Assembly: GCA_964247055.1 (NCBI GenBank) | Contig: OZ176058.1 | Span: forward strand, 3,844,001-3,908,000 | Length of the DNA stretch: 64,000 bases | Direction of reading: 5' to 3' | Origin: Paragordius varius | Taxonomy: Eukaryota; Animalia; Nematomorpha | Part shown: in pieces, positions 1 through 15,000 of the stretch | Position numbering within the stretch: the first letter of the stretch is position 1 | Layout of the letters: each line of letters opens with the position of its first letter | Notes under the pieces: model-generated | What the model was told of the DNA's origin: nothing | The model's database searches: none | Seen by the model: the letters and a program-made list of their open reading frames with translations, nothing else | Made by a program: the position numbers and the translations under genes

Positions 1-3000
1 TGATTGTTGAAAATATATGTTTCATTGTTGGAAACACTAAAAAGTAAAAAGACAACATAATTTGATTGTTGTAAAAATTATTTGATTGTTGAAAATATAT
101 GCTTGATTGTTGGAAACACTAAAAAGTTAAAAGAAAACATATTTTGATTGTTGGAAAAATTATTTGATTGTTGAAAATATATGTGTGGTTGTTGGAAATA
201 CTAAAAAGCTATTGGGCAACATATTTTGATTGTTGTAAAAATAATTTGATTGTTGAAAATATATGTTTGATTGTTGGAAACACTAAAAAGTTAAAAGAAA
301 ACATAATTTGATTGTTGAATAAATTATTTGATTGTTGAAAATATATTTTTGATTGTTGGAAATACTAAAAAGCTATTGGGCAACATATTTTGATTGTTGG
401 AAAAATTATTTGATTGTTAAAAATATATGTTTGATTGTTGAAAATATATGTTTCATTGTTGGAAACACTAAAAAGTAAAAAGACAACATAATTTGATTGT
501 TGTAAAAATTATTTGATTGTTGAAAATATATGTTTGATTGTTGGAAACACTAAAAAGTTAAAAGACAACATAATTTGATTGTTGGAAAAATTATTAGATT
601 GTTGAAAATATATGTTTGACTGTTGGAAATATTAAAAAGCTATAACATATTTTGATTTTTTGAAAAATTATTTGATTGTTGAAAATATATGTAGGATTGT
701 TGGAAACACTTAAAGCTATTGGGCAACATATTTTGATTGTTTGAAAAATTATTTGATTGTTGAAAATATATGTTTCATTGTTGGAAACACTAAAAAGCTA
801 TTGGGCAACATATTTTGATTGTTGTAAAAATAATTTGAATGTTGAAAATATATGTTTGATTGTTGGAAACACTAAAAAGTTAAAAGAAAACATAATTTGA
901 TTGTTGAATAAATTATTTGATTGTTGAAAATATATTTTTGATTGTTGGAAATACTAAAAAGCTATTGGGCAACATATTTTGATTGTTGGAAAAATTATTT
1001 GATTGTTGAAAATATATGTTTGATTGTTGAAAATATATGTTTCATTGTTGGAAACACTAAAAAGTAAAAAGACAACATAATTTGATTGTTGTAAAAATTA
1101 TTTGATTGTTGATAATATATGTTTGATTGTTGGAAACACTAAAAAGTTAAAAGAAAACATATTTTGATTGTTGGAAAAATTATTTGATTGTTGAAAATAT
1201 ATGTTTGATTGTTGGAAACACTTAAAAGTTAAAAGAAAACATAATTTGATTGTTGAATAAATTATTTGATTGTTGAAAATATATTTTTGATTGTTGGAAA
1301 TACTAAAAAGCTATTGGGCAATATATTTTGATTGTTGGAAAAATTATTTGATTGTTGAAAATATATGTTTAATTGTTGGAAAGACTAAAAAGCTGTTGGG
1401 CAACATATTATGATTGTTTGAAAAATTATTTGATTGTCGAAAAAATATGTTTGATTGTTGAAAATATATGTTTCATTGTTGGAAACACTAAAAAGTAAAA
1501 AGACAACATAATTTGATTGTTGAAAAAATTATTTAATTGTTGGAAACACTTAAAAACTATTGGGCAACATATTTTGATAGTTGGAGAAATTATTTGATTG
1601 TTGAAAATATATGATTGATTGTTGGAAACACTAAAAAGTTAAAAGACAACATAATTTGATTGTTGGAAAAATTATTTGATTGTTGAAAATATATGTTTGA
1701 TAAAAAGTTAAAAGAAATCAAATTTTGATTGTTGGAAATTGGAAACACTAACAAGCTATTGGGCAACATATTTTGATTGTTGTAAAAATTATGATTGTTG
1801 AAAAAATATGTTTGATTGTTGGAAAAACTAAAAAACTATTGGGCAACATATTTTGATTGTTGTAAAAATTATTTGATTGTTGAAAATATATGTTTGATAG
1901 TTGGAAACACTAAAAAGTTTAAAGAAAACATATTTTGATAGTTGGAGAAATTATTTGATTGTTGAAAATATATGATTGATTGTTGGAAACATTAAAAAGT
2001 TAAAAGACAACATAATTTGATTGTTGGAAAAATTATTTGATTGTTGAAAATATATCTTTAATTGTTGGAAATATTAAAAAGCTATTACATATTTTGATTT
2101 TTTGAAAAATTATTTGATTGTTGAAAATATATGTAGGATTGTTGGAAACACTAAAAGCTATTGGGCAACATATTTTGATTGTTTGAAAAATTATTTGATT
2201 GTTGAAAATATATGTTTCATTGTTGGAAACACTAAAAAGCTATTGGGCAACATATTTTGATTGTTGTAAAAATAATTTGATTGTTGAAAATATATGTTTG
2301 ATTGTTGGAAACACTAAAAAGTTAAAAGAAAACATAATTTGATTTTTGAATAAATTATTTGATTGTTGAAAATATATTTTTGATTGTTGGAAATACTAAA
2401 AAGCTATTGGGCAACATATTTTGATTGTTGGAAAAATTATTTGATTGTTAAAAATATATGTTTGATTGTTGAAAATATATGTTTCATTGTTGGAAACACT
2501 AAAAAGTAAAAAGACAACATAATTTGATTGTTGTAAAAATTATTTGATTGTTGAAAATATATGTTTGATTGTTGGAAACACTAAAAAGTTAAAAGAAAAC
2601 ATATTTTAATTGTTGGAAAAATTATTTGATTGTTGAAAATATATGTTTGATTGTTGGAAAGACTAAAAAGCTATTGGGCAACATATTTTGATTGTTTGAA
2701 AAATTATATGATTGTTAAAAAAATATGTTTGATTGTTGAAAATATATGTTTCATTGTTGGAAACACTAAAAAGTAAAAAGACAACATAATTTGATTGTTG
2801 TAAAAATTATTTGATTGTTGAAAATATATGCTTGATTGTTGGAAACACTAAAAAGTTAAAAGAAAACATATTTTGATTGTTGGAAAAATTATTTGATTGT
2901 TGAAAATATATGTTTGATTGTTGGAAATACTAAAAAGCTATTGGGCAACATATTTTGATTGTTGTAAAAATAATTTGATTGTTGAAAATATATGTTTGAT

Positions 3001-6000
3001 TGTTGGAAACACTAAAAAGTTAAAAGAAAACATAATTTGATTGTTGAATAAATTATTTGATTGTTGAAAATATATTTTTGATTGTTGGAAATACTAAAAA
3101 GCTATTGCGCAACATATTTTGATTGTTGGAAAAATTATTTGATTGTTAAAAATATATGTTTGATTGTTGAAAATATATGTTTCATTGTTGGAAACACTAA
3201 AAAGTAAAAAGACAACATAATTTGATTGTTGTAAAAATTATTTGATTGTTGAAAATATATGTTTGATTGTTGGAAACACTAAAAAGTTAAAAGAAAACAT
3301 ATTTTAATTGTTGGAAAAATTATTTGATTGTTGAAAATATATGTTTGATTGTTGGAAATACTATAATGCTATTGGGCAACATATTTTGATTGTTTGAAAA
3401 ATTATATGATTGATAAAAAAATATGTTTGTTTGTTGAAAATATATGTTTCATTGTTGGAAACACTAAAAAGTAAAAAGACAACATAATTTGATTGTTGTA
3501 AAAACTATTTGATTGTTGAAAATATATGCTTGATTGTTGGAAACACTAAAAAGTTAAAAGAAAACATATTTTGATTGTTGGAAAAATTATTTGATTGTTG
3601 AAAATATATGTTTGATTGTTGGAAAGACTAATAAGCTGTTGGGCAACATATTATGATTGTTTGAAAAATTATTTGATTGTCGAAAAAATATGTTTGATTG
3701 ATGAAAATATATGTTTAATTGTTGGAAACACTAAAAAGTAAAAAGACAACATAATTTGATTGTTGAAAAAATTATTTAATTGTTGGAACACTTAAAAACT
3801 ATTGGGCAACATATTTATTGTTGGAAAATTATTTGATTGTTGAAAATATATGTTTGATTGTTGGAAACACTAAAAAGATAAAAGACAACATAATTTGATT
3901 GTTGAAAAAATTATTTAATTGTTGGAAACACTAAAAAACTATTGGGCAACATATTTATTGTTGGAAAATTATTTGATTGTTGAAAATATATGTTTGATTA
4001 TTGGAAACACTAAAAAGTTAAAAGAAAATATTATTTGATTGTTGAAAATATATTTTTGATTGTTGGAAATACTAAAAAGCTATTGGGCAACATATTTTGA
4101 TTTTTGGAAAAATTATTTGATTGTTGAAAATATATGTTTGATTGTTGGAAAGACTAAAAAGCTGTTGGGCAACATATTATGATTGTTTGAAAAATTATTT
4201 TATTGTCGAAAAAATATGTTTGATTGTTGAAAATATATGTTTCATTGTTGGAAACACTAAAAAGTAAAAAGACAACATAATTTGATTGTTGAAAAAATTA
4301 TTTAAATTGTTGGAAACACTTAAAAACTATTGGGCAACATATTTTGTTAGTTGGAGAAATTATTTGATTGTTAAAAATATATGATTGAATGTTGGAAACA
4401 CTAAAAAGTTAAAAGACAACATAATTTGATTGTTAAAATTATTTGATTGTTGAAAATATATGTTTGATTTTTGGAAATATTAAAAAGCTATTACATATTT
4501 TGATATTTTGAAAAATTATTTGATTGTTGAAAATATATGTAGGATTGTTGGAAACACTAAAAGCTATTGGGCAACTGATTTTGATTGTTTGAAAAATTAT
4601 TTGATTGTTGAAAATATATGTTTCATTGTTGGAAACACTAAAAAGCTATTGGGCAACATATTTTGATTGTTGTAAAAATAATTTGATTGTTGAAAATATA
4701 TGTTTGATTGTTGGAAACACTAAAAAGTTAAAAGAAAACATAATTTGATTGTTGGAAAAATTATTTGATTGTTGAAAATATATGTTTGATTGTTGAAAAT
4801 ATATGTTTCATTGTTGGAAACACTAAAAAGTAAAAAGACAACATAATTTGATTGTTGTAAAAATTATTTGATTGTTGATAATATATGTTTGATTGTTGGA
4901 AACACTAAAAAGTTAAAAAAAAACATATTTTGATTGTTGGAAAAATTATTTGATTGTTGAAAATATATGTTTGATTGTTGGAAACACTAAAAAGTTAAAA
5001 GAAAACATAATTTGATTGTTGAATAAATTATTTGATTGTTGAAAATATATATTTGATTGTTGGAAATACTAAAAAGCTATTGGGCAACATATTTTGATTG
5101 TTGGAAAAATTATTTGATTGTTAAAAATATATGTTTGATTGTTGAAAATATATGTTTCATTGTTGGAAACACTAAAAAGTAAAAAGACAACATAATTTGA
5201 TTGTTGTAAAAATTATTTGATTGTTGAAAATATATGTTTGATTGTTCGAAACACTAAAAAGTTAAAAGAAAACATATTTTAATTGTTGGAAAAATTATTT
5301 GATTGTTAAAAATATATGTTTGATTGTTGGAAATACTAAAAATCTATTGGGCAACATATTTTGATTGTTTGAAAAATTATATGATTGTTAAAAAAATATG
5401 TTTGATTGTTGAAAATATATGTTTCATTGTTGGAAACACTAAAAAGTAAAAAGACAACATAATTTGATTGTTGTAAAAATTATTTGATTGTTGATAATAT
5501 ATGTTTGATTGTTGGAAACACTAAAAAGTTAAAAGAAAACATATTTTGATTGTTGGAAAAATTATTTGATTGTTGAAAATATATGTTTGATTGTTGGAAA
5601 CACTAAAAAGTTAAAAGAAAACATAATTTGATTGTTGAATAAATTATTTGATTGTTGAAAATATATTTTTAATTGTTGGAAATACTAAAAAGCTATTGGG
5701 CAACATATTTTGATTGTTGGAAAAATTATTTGATTGTTGAAAATATATGTTTCATTGTTGGAAACACTAAAAAGCTATTGGGCAACATATTTTGATTGTT
5801 GTAAAAATAATTTGATTGTTGAAAATATATGTTTGATTGTTGGAAACACTAAAAAGTTAAAAGAAAACATAATTTGATTGTTGAATAAATTATTTGATTG
5901 TTGAAAATATATTTTTGATTGTTGGAAATACTAAAAAGCTATTGGGCAACATATTTTGATTGTTGGAAAAATTATTTGAATGTTGAAAATATATGTTTGA

Positions 6001-9000
6001 TTGTTGAAAATATATGTTTCATTGTTGGAAACACTAAAAAGTAAAAAGACAACATAATTTGATTCTTGTAAAAATTATTTGATTGTTGATAATATATGTT
6101 TGATTGTTGGAAACACTAAAAAGTTAAAAGAAAACATATTTTGATTGTTGGAAAAATTATTTGATTGTTGAAAATATATGTTTGATTGTTGGAAACACTA
6201 AAAAGTTAAAAGAAAACATAATTTGATTGTTGAATAAATTATTTGATTGTTGAAAATATATTTTTAATTGTTGGAAATACTAAAAAGCTATTGGGCAACA
6301 TATTATGATTGTTTGAAAAATTATTTGATTGTCGAAAAAATATGTTTGATTGTTGAAAATATATGTTTCATTGTTGGAAACACTAAAAAGTAAAAAGACA
6401 ACATAATTTGATTGTTGAAAAAATTATTTGATTGTTGAAAATATATGTTTGATTGTTGGAAATATTTAAAAGCTATAACATATTTTGATTTTTTGAAAAA
6501 TTATTTGATTGTTGAAAATATATGTGGGATTGTTGGAAACACTTAAAGCTATTGGGCAACATATTTTGATTGTTTGAAAAATTATTTGATTGTTGAAAAT
6601 ATATGTTTCATTGTTGGAAACACTAAAAAGCTATTGGGCAACATATTTTGATTGTTGTAAAAATAATTTGATTGTTGAAAATATATGTTTGATTGTTGGA
6701 AACACTAAAAAGTTAAAAGAAACATAATTTGATTGTTGAATAAATTATTTGATTGTTGAAAATATATTTTTGATTGTTGGAAATACTAAAAAGCTATTGG
6801 GCAACATATTTTGATTGTTGGAAAAATTATTTGATTGTTGAAAATATATGTTTGATTGTTGAAATTATATGTTTCATTGTTGGAAACACTAAAAAGTAAA
6901 AAGACAACATAATTTGATTGTTGTAAAAATTATTTGATTGTTGATAATATATGTTTGATTGTTGGAAACACTAAAAAGTTAATAGAAAACATATTTTGAT
7001 TGTTGGAAAAAGTATTTGATTGTTGAAAATATATGTTTGATTGTTGGAAATACTAAAAAGCTATTGGGCAACATATTTTGATTGTTTGAAAAATTATTTG
7101 ATTGTCGAAAAAATATGTTTGATTCTTGAAAATATATGTTTCATTGTTGGAAAAACTAAAAAGTAAAAAGACAACATAATTTGATTGTTGAAAAAATTAT
7201 TTAATTGTTGGAAACACTTAAAAACTATTGGGCAACATATTTATTGTTGGAAAATTATTTGATTGTTGAAAATATATGTTTGATTGTTGGAAACACTAAA
7301 AAGATAAAAGACAACATAATTTGATTGTTGAAAAAATTATTTAATTGTTGGAAACACTAAAAAACTATTGGGCAACATATTTATTGTTGGAAAATTATTT
7401 GATTGTTGAAAATATATGTTTGATTGTTGGAAACACTAAAAAGTTAAAAGAAAACATAATTTGATTGTTGAATAAATTATTTGATTGTTGAAAATATATT
7501 TTTGATTGTTGGAAATACTAAAAAGCTATTGGGCAACATATTTTGATTGTTGGAAAAATTATGTGATTGTTGAAAATATATGTTTGATTGTTGGAAAGAC
7601 TAAAAAGCTGTTGGGCAACATATTATGATTGTTTGAAAAATTATTTGATTGTCGAAAAAATATGTTTGATTGTTGAAAATATATGTTTCATTGTTGGAAA
7701 CACTAAAAAGTAAAAAGACAACATAATTTGATTGTTGAAAAAATTATTTAATTGTTGGAAACACTTAAAAACTATTGGGCAACATATTTTGATAGTTGGA
7801 GAAATTATTTGATTGTTGAAAATATATGATTGATTGTTGGAAACACTAAAAAGTTAAAAGACAACATAATTTGATTGTTGGAAAAATTATTTGATTGTTG
7901 AAAATATATGTTTGATTGTTGGAAATATTAAAAAGCTATAACATATTTTGATTTTTTGAAAAATTATTTGATTGTTGAAAATATATGTTTCATTGTTGGA
8001 AACACTAAAAAGCTATTGGGCAACATATTTTGATTGTTGTAAAAATAATTTGATTGTTGAAAATATATGTTTCATTGTTTGAAAAACTAAAAAGTTAAAA
8101 GAAAACATAATTTGATTGTTGAATAAATTATCTGATTGTTGAAAATATATTTTTGATTGTTGGAAATACTAAAAAGCTATTGGGCAACATATTTTGATTG
8201 TTGGAAAAATTATTTGATTGTTGAAAATATATGTTTGATTGTTGAAAATATATGTTTCATTGTTGGAAACACTAAAAAGTAAAAAGACAACATAATTTGA
8301 TTGTTGTAAAAATTATTTGATTGTTGAAAATATATGATTGATTGTTGGAAACACTAAAAAGTTAAAAGACAACATAATTTGATTGTTGAAAAAATTATTT
8401 GATTGTTGAAAATATATGTTTAATTGTTGGAAATATTAAAAAGCTATTGGGCAACATATTTTGATTGTTTGAAAAATTATTTGATTGTCGAAAAAATATG
8501 TTTGATTGTTGAAAATATATGTTTCATTGTTGGAAACACTAAAAAGTAAGACAACATAATTTGATTGTTGAAAAAATTATTTAATTGTTGGAAACACTTA
8601 AAAACTATTGGGCAACATATTTATTGTTGGAAAATTATTTGATTGTTGAAAATATATGTTTGCTTGTTGGAAACACTAAAAAGATAAAAGACAACATAAT
8701 TTGATTGTTGAAAAAATTATTTAATTGTTGGAAACACTAAAAACTATTGGGCAACATATTTATTGTTGGAAAATTATTTGATTGTTGAAAATATATGTTT
8801 GATTGTTGGAAACACTAAAAAGTTAAAAGAAAACATAATTTGATTGTTGAATTAATTATTTGATTGTTGAAAATATATTTTTGATTGTTGGAAATACTAA
8901 AAAGCTATTGGGCAACATATTTTGATTGTTGGAAAAATTATTTGATTGTTGAAAATATATGTAGGATTGTTGGAAACACTAAAAGCTATTGGGCAACATA

Positions 9001-12000
9001 TTTTGATTGTTTGAATTATTTGATTGTTGAAAATATATGTTTCATTGTTGGAAACACTAAAAAGCTATTGGGCAACATATTTTGATTGTTGTAAAAATAA
9101 TTTGATTGTTGAAAATATATGTTTGATTGTTGGAAACACTAAAAAGTTAAAAGAAAACATAATTTGATTGTTGAATAAATTATTTGATTGTTGAAAATAT
9201 ATTTTTGATTGTTGGAAATACTAAAAAGCTATTGAGCAACATATTTTGATTGTTGGAAAAATTATTTGATTGTTGAAAACATATGTTTGATTGTTGAAAA
9301 TATATGTTTCATTGTTGGAAACACTAAAAAGTAAAAAGACAACATAATTTGATTGTTGTAAAAATTATTTGATTGTTGATAATATATGTTTGATTGTTGG
9401 AAACACTAAAAAGTTAAAAGAAAACATATTTTGATTGTTGGAAAAATTATTTGATTGTTGAAAATATATTTTTGATTGTTGGAAATACTAAAAAGCTATT
9501 GGGCAACATATTTTGATTGTTTGAAAAATTATTTGATTGTCGAAAAAATATGTTTGATTGTTGAAAATATATGTTTCATTGTTGGAAACACTAAAAAGTA
9601 AGACAACATAATTTGATTGTTGAAAAAATTATTTAATTGTTGGAAACACTTAAAAACTATTGGGCAACATATTTATTGTTGGAAAATTATTTGATTGTTG
9701 AAAATATATGTTTGCTTGTTGGAAACACTAAAAAGATAAAAGACAACATAATTTGATTGTTGAAAAAATTATTTAATTGTTGGAAACACTAAAAACTATT
9801 GGGCAACATATTTATTGTTGGAAAATTATTTGATTGTTGAAAATATATGTTTGATTGTTGGAAACACTAAAAAGTTAAAAGAAAACATAATTTGATTGTT
9901 GAATTAATTATTTGATTGTTGAAAATATATTTTTGATTGTTGGAAATACTAAAAAGCTATTGGGCAACATATTTTGATTGTTGGAAAAATTATTTGATTG
10001 TTGAAAATATATGTTTGATTGTTGAAAATATATGTTTCATTGTTGGAAACACTAAAAAGTAAAAAGACAACATAATTTGATTGTTGTAAAAATTATTTGA
10101 TTGTTGATAATATATGTTGATTGTTGGAAACACTAAAAAGTTAAAAGAAAACATATTTTGATTGTTGGAAAAATTATTTGATTGTTGAAAATATATGTTT
10201 GATTGTTGGAAATACTGCTATTGGGCAACATATTTTGATTGTTTGAAAAATTATTTGATTGTCGAAAATATATCTTTGATTGTTGAAAATATATGTTTCA
10301 TTGTTGGAAACACTAAAAAGTAAAAAGACAACATAATTTGATTGTTGAAAAAATTATTTAATTGTTGGAAACACTTAAAAACTATTGGGCAACATATTTT
10401 GATTGTTTGAAAAATTATTTGATTGTTGAAAATATATGTTTCATTGTTGGAAACACTAAAAAGCTATTGGGCAACATATTTTGATTGTTGTAAAAATAAT
10501 TTGATTGTTGAAAATATATGTTTGATTGTTGGAAACACTAAAAAGTTAAAAGAAAACATAATTTGATTGTTGAATAAATTATTTGATTGTTGAAAATATA
10601 TTTTTCATTGTTGGAAATACTAAAAAGCTATTGGGCAACATATTTTGATAGTTGGAAAAATTATTTGATTGTTGAAAATATATGTTTGATTGTTGAAAAT
10701 ATATGTTTCATTGTTGGAAACACTAAAAAGTAAAAAGACAACATAATTTGATTGTTGTAAAAATTATTTGATTGTTGATAATATATGTTTGATTGTTGGA
10801 AACACTAAAAAGTTAAAAGAAAACATATTTTGATTGTTGGAAAAATTATTTGATTGTTGAAAATATATGTTTGATTGTTGGAAATACTAAAAAGCTATTG
10901 GGCAACATATTTTGATTGTTTGAAAAATTATATGATTGTTGAAAAAATATGTTTGATTGTTGAAAATATATGTTTCATTGTTGGAAACACAAAAAAGTAA
11001 AAAGACAACATAATTTGATTGTTGTAAAAATTATTTGATTGTTGAAAATATATGTTTGATTCTGGGAAACACTAAAAAGTTAAAAGAAAACATATTTTGA
11101 TTGTTGGAAAAATTATTTGATTGTTGAAAATATATGTTTGATTGTTGGAAATACTAAAAAGCTATTGGGCAACATATTTTGATTGTTTGAAAAATTATAT
11201 GATTGTTGAAAAAATATGTTTGATTGTTGAAAATATATGTTTCATTGTTGGAAACACTAAAAAGTAAAAAGACAACATAATTTGATTGTTGTAAAAATTA
11301 TTTGATTGTTAAAAATATATGTTTGATTGTTGGAAACACTAAAAAGTTAAAAGAAAACATATTTTGATTGTTGGAAAAATTATTTGATTGTTAAAAATAT
11401 ATGTTTGATTGTTGGAAAGACTAAAAAGCTGTTGGGCAACATATTATGATTGTTTGAAAAATTATTTGATTGTCGAAAAAATATGTTTGATTGTTGAAAA
11501 TATATGTTTCATTGTTGGAAACACTAAAAAGTAAAAAGACAACATAATTTGATTGTTGAAAAAATTATTTAATTGTTGGAAACACTTAAAAACTATTGGG
11601 CAACATATTTATTGTTGGAAAATTATTTGATTGTTGAAAATATATGTTTAATTGTTGGAAACACTAAAAAGATAAAAGACAACATAATTTGATTGTTGAA
11701 AAAATTATTTAATTGTTGGAAACACTAAAAAACTATTGGGCAACATATTTATTGTTGGAAAATTATTTGATTGTTGAAAATATATGTTTGATTGTTGGAA
11801 ACACTAAAAAGTTAAAAGAAAACATAATTTGATTGTTGAATAAATTATTTGATTGTTGAAAATATATTTTTGATTGTTGGAAATACTAAAAAGCTATTGG
11901 GCAACATATTTTGATTGTTGCAAAAATTATTTGATTGTTGAAAATATATGTTTGATTGTTGGAAATACTAAAAAGCTATTGGGCAACATGTTTTGATTGT

Positions 12001-15000
12001 TAAAAAAAATTTGTTGATTGTTGAAAATATATGTTTGATTGTTGGAAACACTAAAAAGTTAAAAGAAAACATATTTTGAAATTTGGAAAAATTATTTAAT
12101 TGTTGGAAACACTTAAAAACTATTGGGCAACATATTTTGATTGTTGGAAAAATTATTTGATTGTTGAAAATATATGTTTGGTTGTTGGAAACACTAAAAA
12201 ATTTAAAAAAACATATTTTGATTGTTGGAAAAATTATTTGATTGTTGAAAATATATGTTTGATTGTTGAAAACACTAAAAAGTTAAAAGACAACATATTT
12301 TGATTGTTGGAAAATTATTTTTTGTTGAAATTATATGTTTGATAGTTGGAAACACTAAAAAGCTATTCGGCAACATTTTTTGATTGTTGGAAAAATTATT
12401 TGATTGTTGAAAATATATGTTTGATTGTTGGGAACACTAATAACTATTGGGCAACATATTTTGAATCGAAAAATCATTTGATTGTTGAAAATATATGTTT
12501 GATTGTTGGAAAAATTATTTAATTGTTGAAAATATATGTTTGATTGTTGGAAAAATTATTTGATTGTTGAAAATATATGTTTAATTGTTGAAAACACTAA
12601 AAAGTTAAAAGACAACATATTTTGATTGTTGGAAAAATTATTTTTTGTTGAAAAATGTTTGATTGTTGGAAACACTAAAAAGAACCTATTTTAATTGTTG
12701 GAAAAATTATTTGATTGTTGAAAATATATGTTTGATTGTTGGAAACACTAAAAAGTTAAAAGACAGCATATTTTGATTGATCGAAAAATTATTTGATTGT
12801 TGAAAATATATGTTTGATTGTTGGAAACACTAAAAAGCTAAATAACAACATATTTGGATTGTTGGAAAAATTTTATTGTTGAAAATAAATGTTTGATATT
12901 TGGATTGTTGGAAAAATTTTATTGTTGAAAATAAATGTTTGATAGTTGGAAACAGTAAAAAGTAAAAGACAACATATTTTGATTGTTGGAAATTATTTGA
13001 TTGTTGAAAATATATGTTTGATTGTTGGAAACACTAAAAAGCTATTGGGCAATATATTATGATTGTTGGAAATATTATATGATGGTTGGAAATATATGTT
13101 TGATTGTTGGAAAAATTATTTGATTGTTGAATATATATGTTTGATTGTTGAAAACACTAAAAAGTTAAAACACAACATATTTTGATTGTTGGAAAAATTA
13201 TTTTTTGTTGAAAAAAATGTTTGATTGTTGGAAACACTAAAAAGATATTGGGTAACCTATTTTAATTGTTGGAAAATTATTTGATTGTTTAAAATATATG
13301 TTTGATTGATGGAAACACTAAAAAGTTAAAAGACAACATTTTTTGATTGATCGAAAAATTATTTGATTGTTGAAAATATATGTTTGATTGTTGGTAAAAT
13401 TATTTAATTGTTGAAAATATATATTAGATTGTTGGAAAATTATTTAATTGTTGAAAATATATGTTTGATTGTTGGATAAATTATTTGATTGTTGAAATTA
13501 TATGTTTGATAGTTGGAAACACTAAAAAGCTATTGGGCAACATATTTTGTTTGTTTGAAAAATTATTTGATTGTTGAAAATATATATTTGATTGTTGGAA
13601 ACAATAAAAAGCTATTGGGCAACATATTTTGATTGTTGGAAAAAATATTCGATTGTTGAAAATATATGTTTGATTGTTGGAAACATTAAAAAGTTAAAAG
13701 ACAACATATTTTGATTGTTGGAAAAATTATTTTTTATTGAAAATATATGTTTGATTGTTGGAAAAATTATTTAATTGTTGAAAATATATGTTTGATTGTT
13801 GGAAAAATTGATTGAATGTTGAAAATATATGTTTGATTGTTAGAAACACTCGAAAGTTAAAAGACAACATATTTTGATTGTTGGAAAAATTATTTTTTGT
13901 TGAAAATATATGTTTGATTGGAAAAATTATTTAATTGTTGAAAATATATGTTTGATTGTTGGAAAAATTATTTGATTGTTGAAAATATATGTTTAATTGT
14001 TGAAAACACTAAAAAGTTAAAAGACAACATATTTTGATTGTTGGAAAAATTATTTTTTGTTGAAAAATGTTTGATTGTTGGAAACACTAAAAAGAACCTA
14101 TTTTAATTGTTGGAAAAATTATTTGATTGTTGAAAATATATGTTTGATTGTTGGAAACACTAAAAAGTTAAAAGACAACATATTTTGATTGATCGAAAAA
14201 TTATTTGATTGTTGAAAATATATGTTTGATTGTTGGAAACACTAAAAAGCTAAAAAACAACATATTTGGATTGTTGGAAAAATTTTATTGTTGAAAATAA
14301 ATGTTTGATATTTGGATTGTTGGAAAAATTTTATTGTTGAAAATAAATGTTTGATAGTTGGAAACACTAAAAAGTAAAAGACAACATATTTTAATTGTTG
14401 GAAATTATTTGATTGTTGAAAATATATGTTTGATTGTTGGAAACACTAAAAAGCTTTTGGGCAATATATTATGATTGTTGGAAATATTATATGATGGTTG
14501 GAATATATGTTTGATTGTTGGAAACACTAAAAAGTTAAAAGACAACATAATTTGATTGTAGAAAAAATTATTTGATTGTTGAAAATATATGTTTGATAGT
14601 TGGAAACACTAAAAAGCTATTCGGCAACATATTTTGATTGTTGGAAAAATTATTTGAATGTTGAAAATATATGTTTGATTGTTGGAAAAATTATTTGATT
14701 GTTGAAAATATATGTTTGATTGGTGGAAAAATTATTTGATTGTTGAAAATATATGTTTGATTGTTGGAAACACTAAAAAGCTATTGGGAACATATTTTAT
14801 TGTTGGAGAAATTATTTGAATGTTGAAAATATATGTTTGATTGTTGGAAAAATTATTTGATTGTTGAAAATATATGTTTGATTGTTGAAAACACTAAAAA
14901 GTTAAATACCAACATATTTTGATTGTTGGAAAAATTATTTTTTGTTAAAAAAAATGTTTGATTGTTGGAAAAATTATTTAATTGTTGAGAATATATATTT

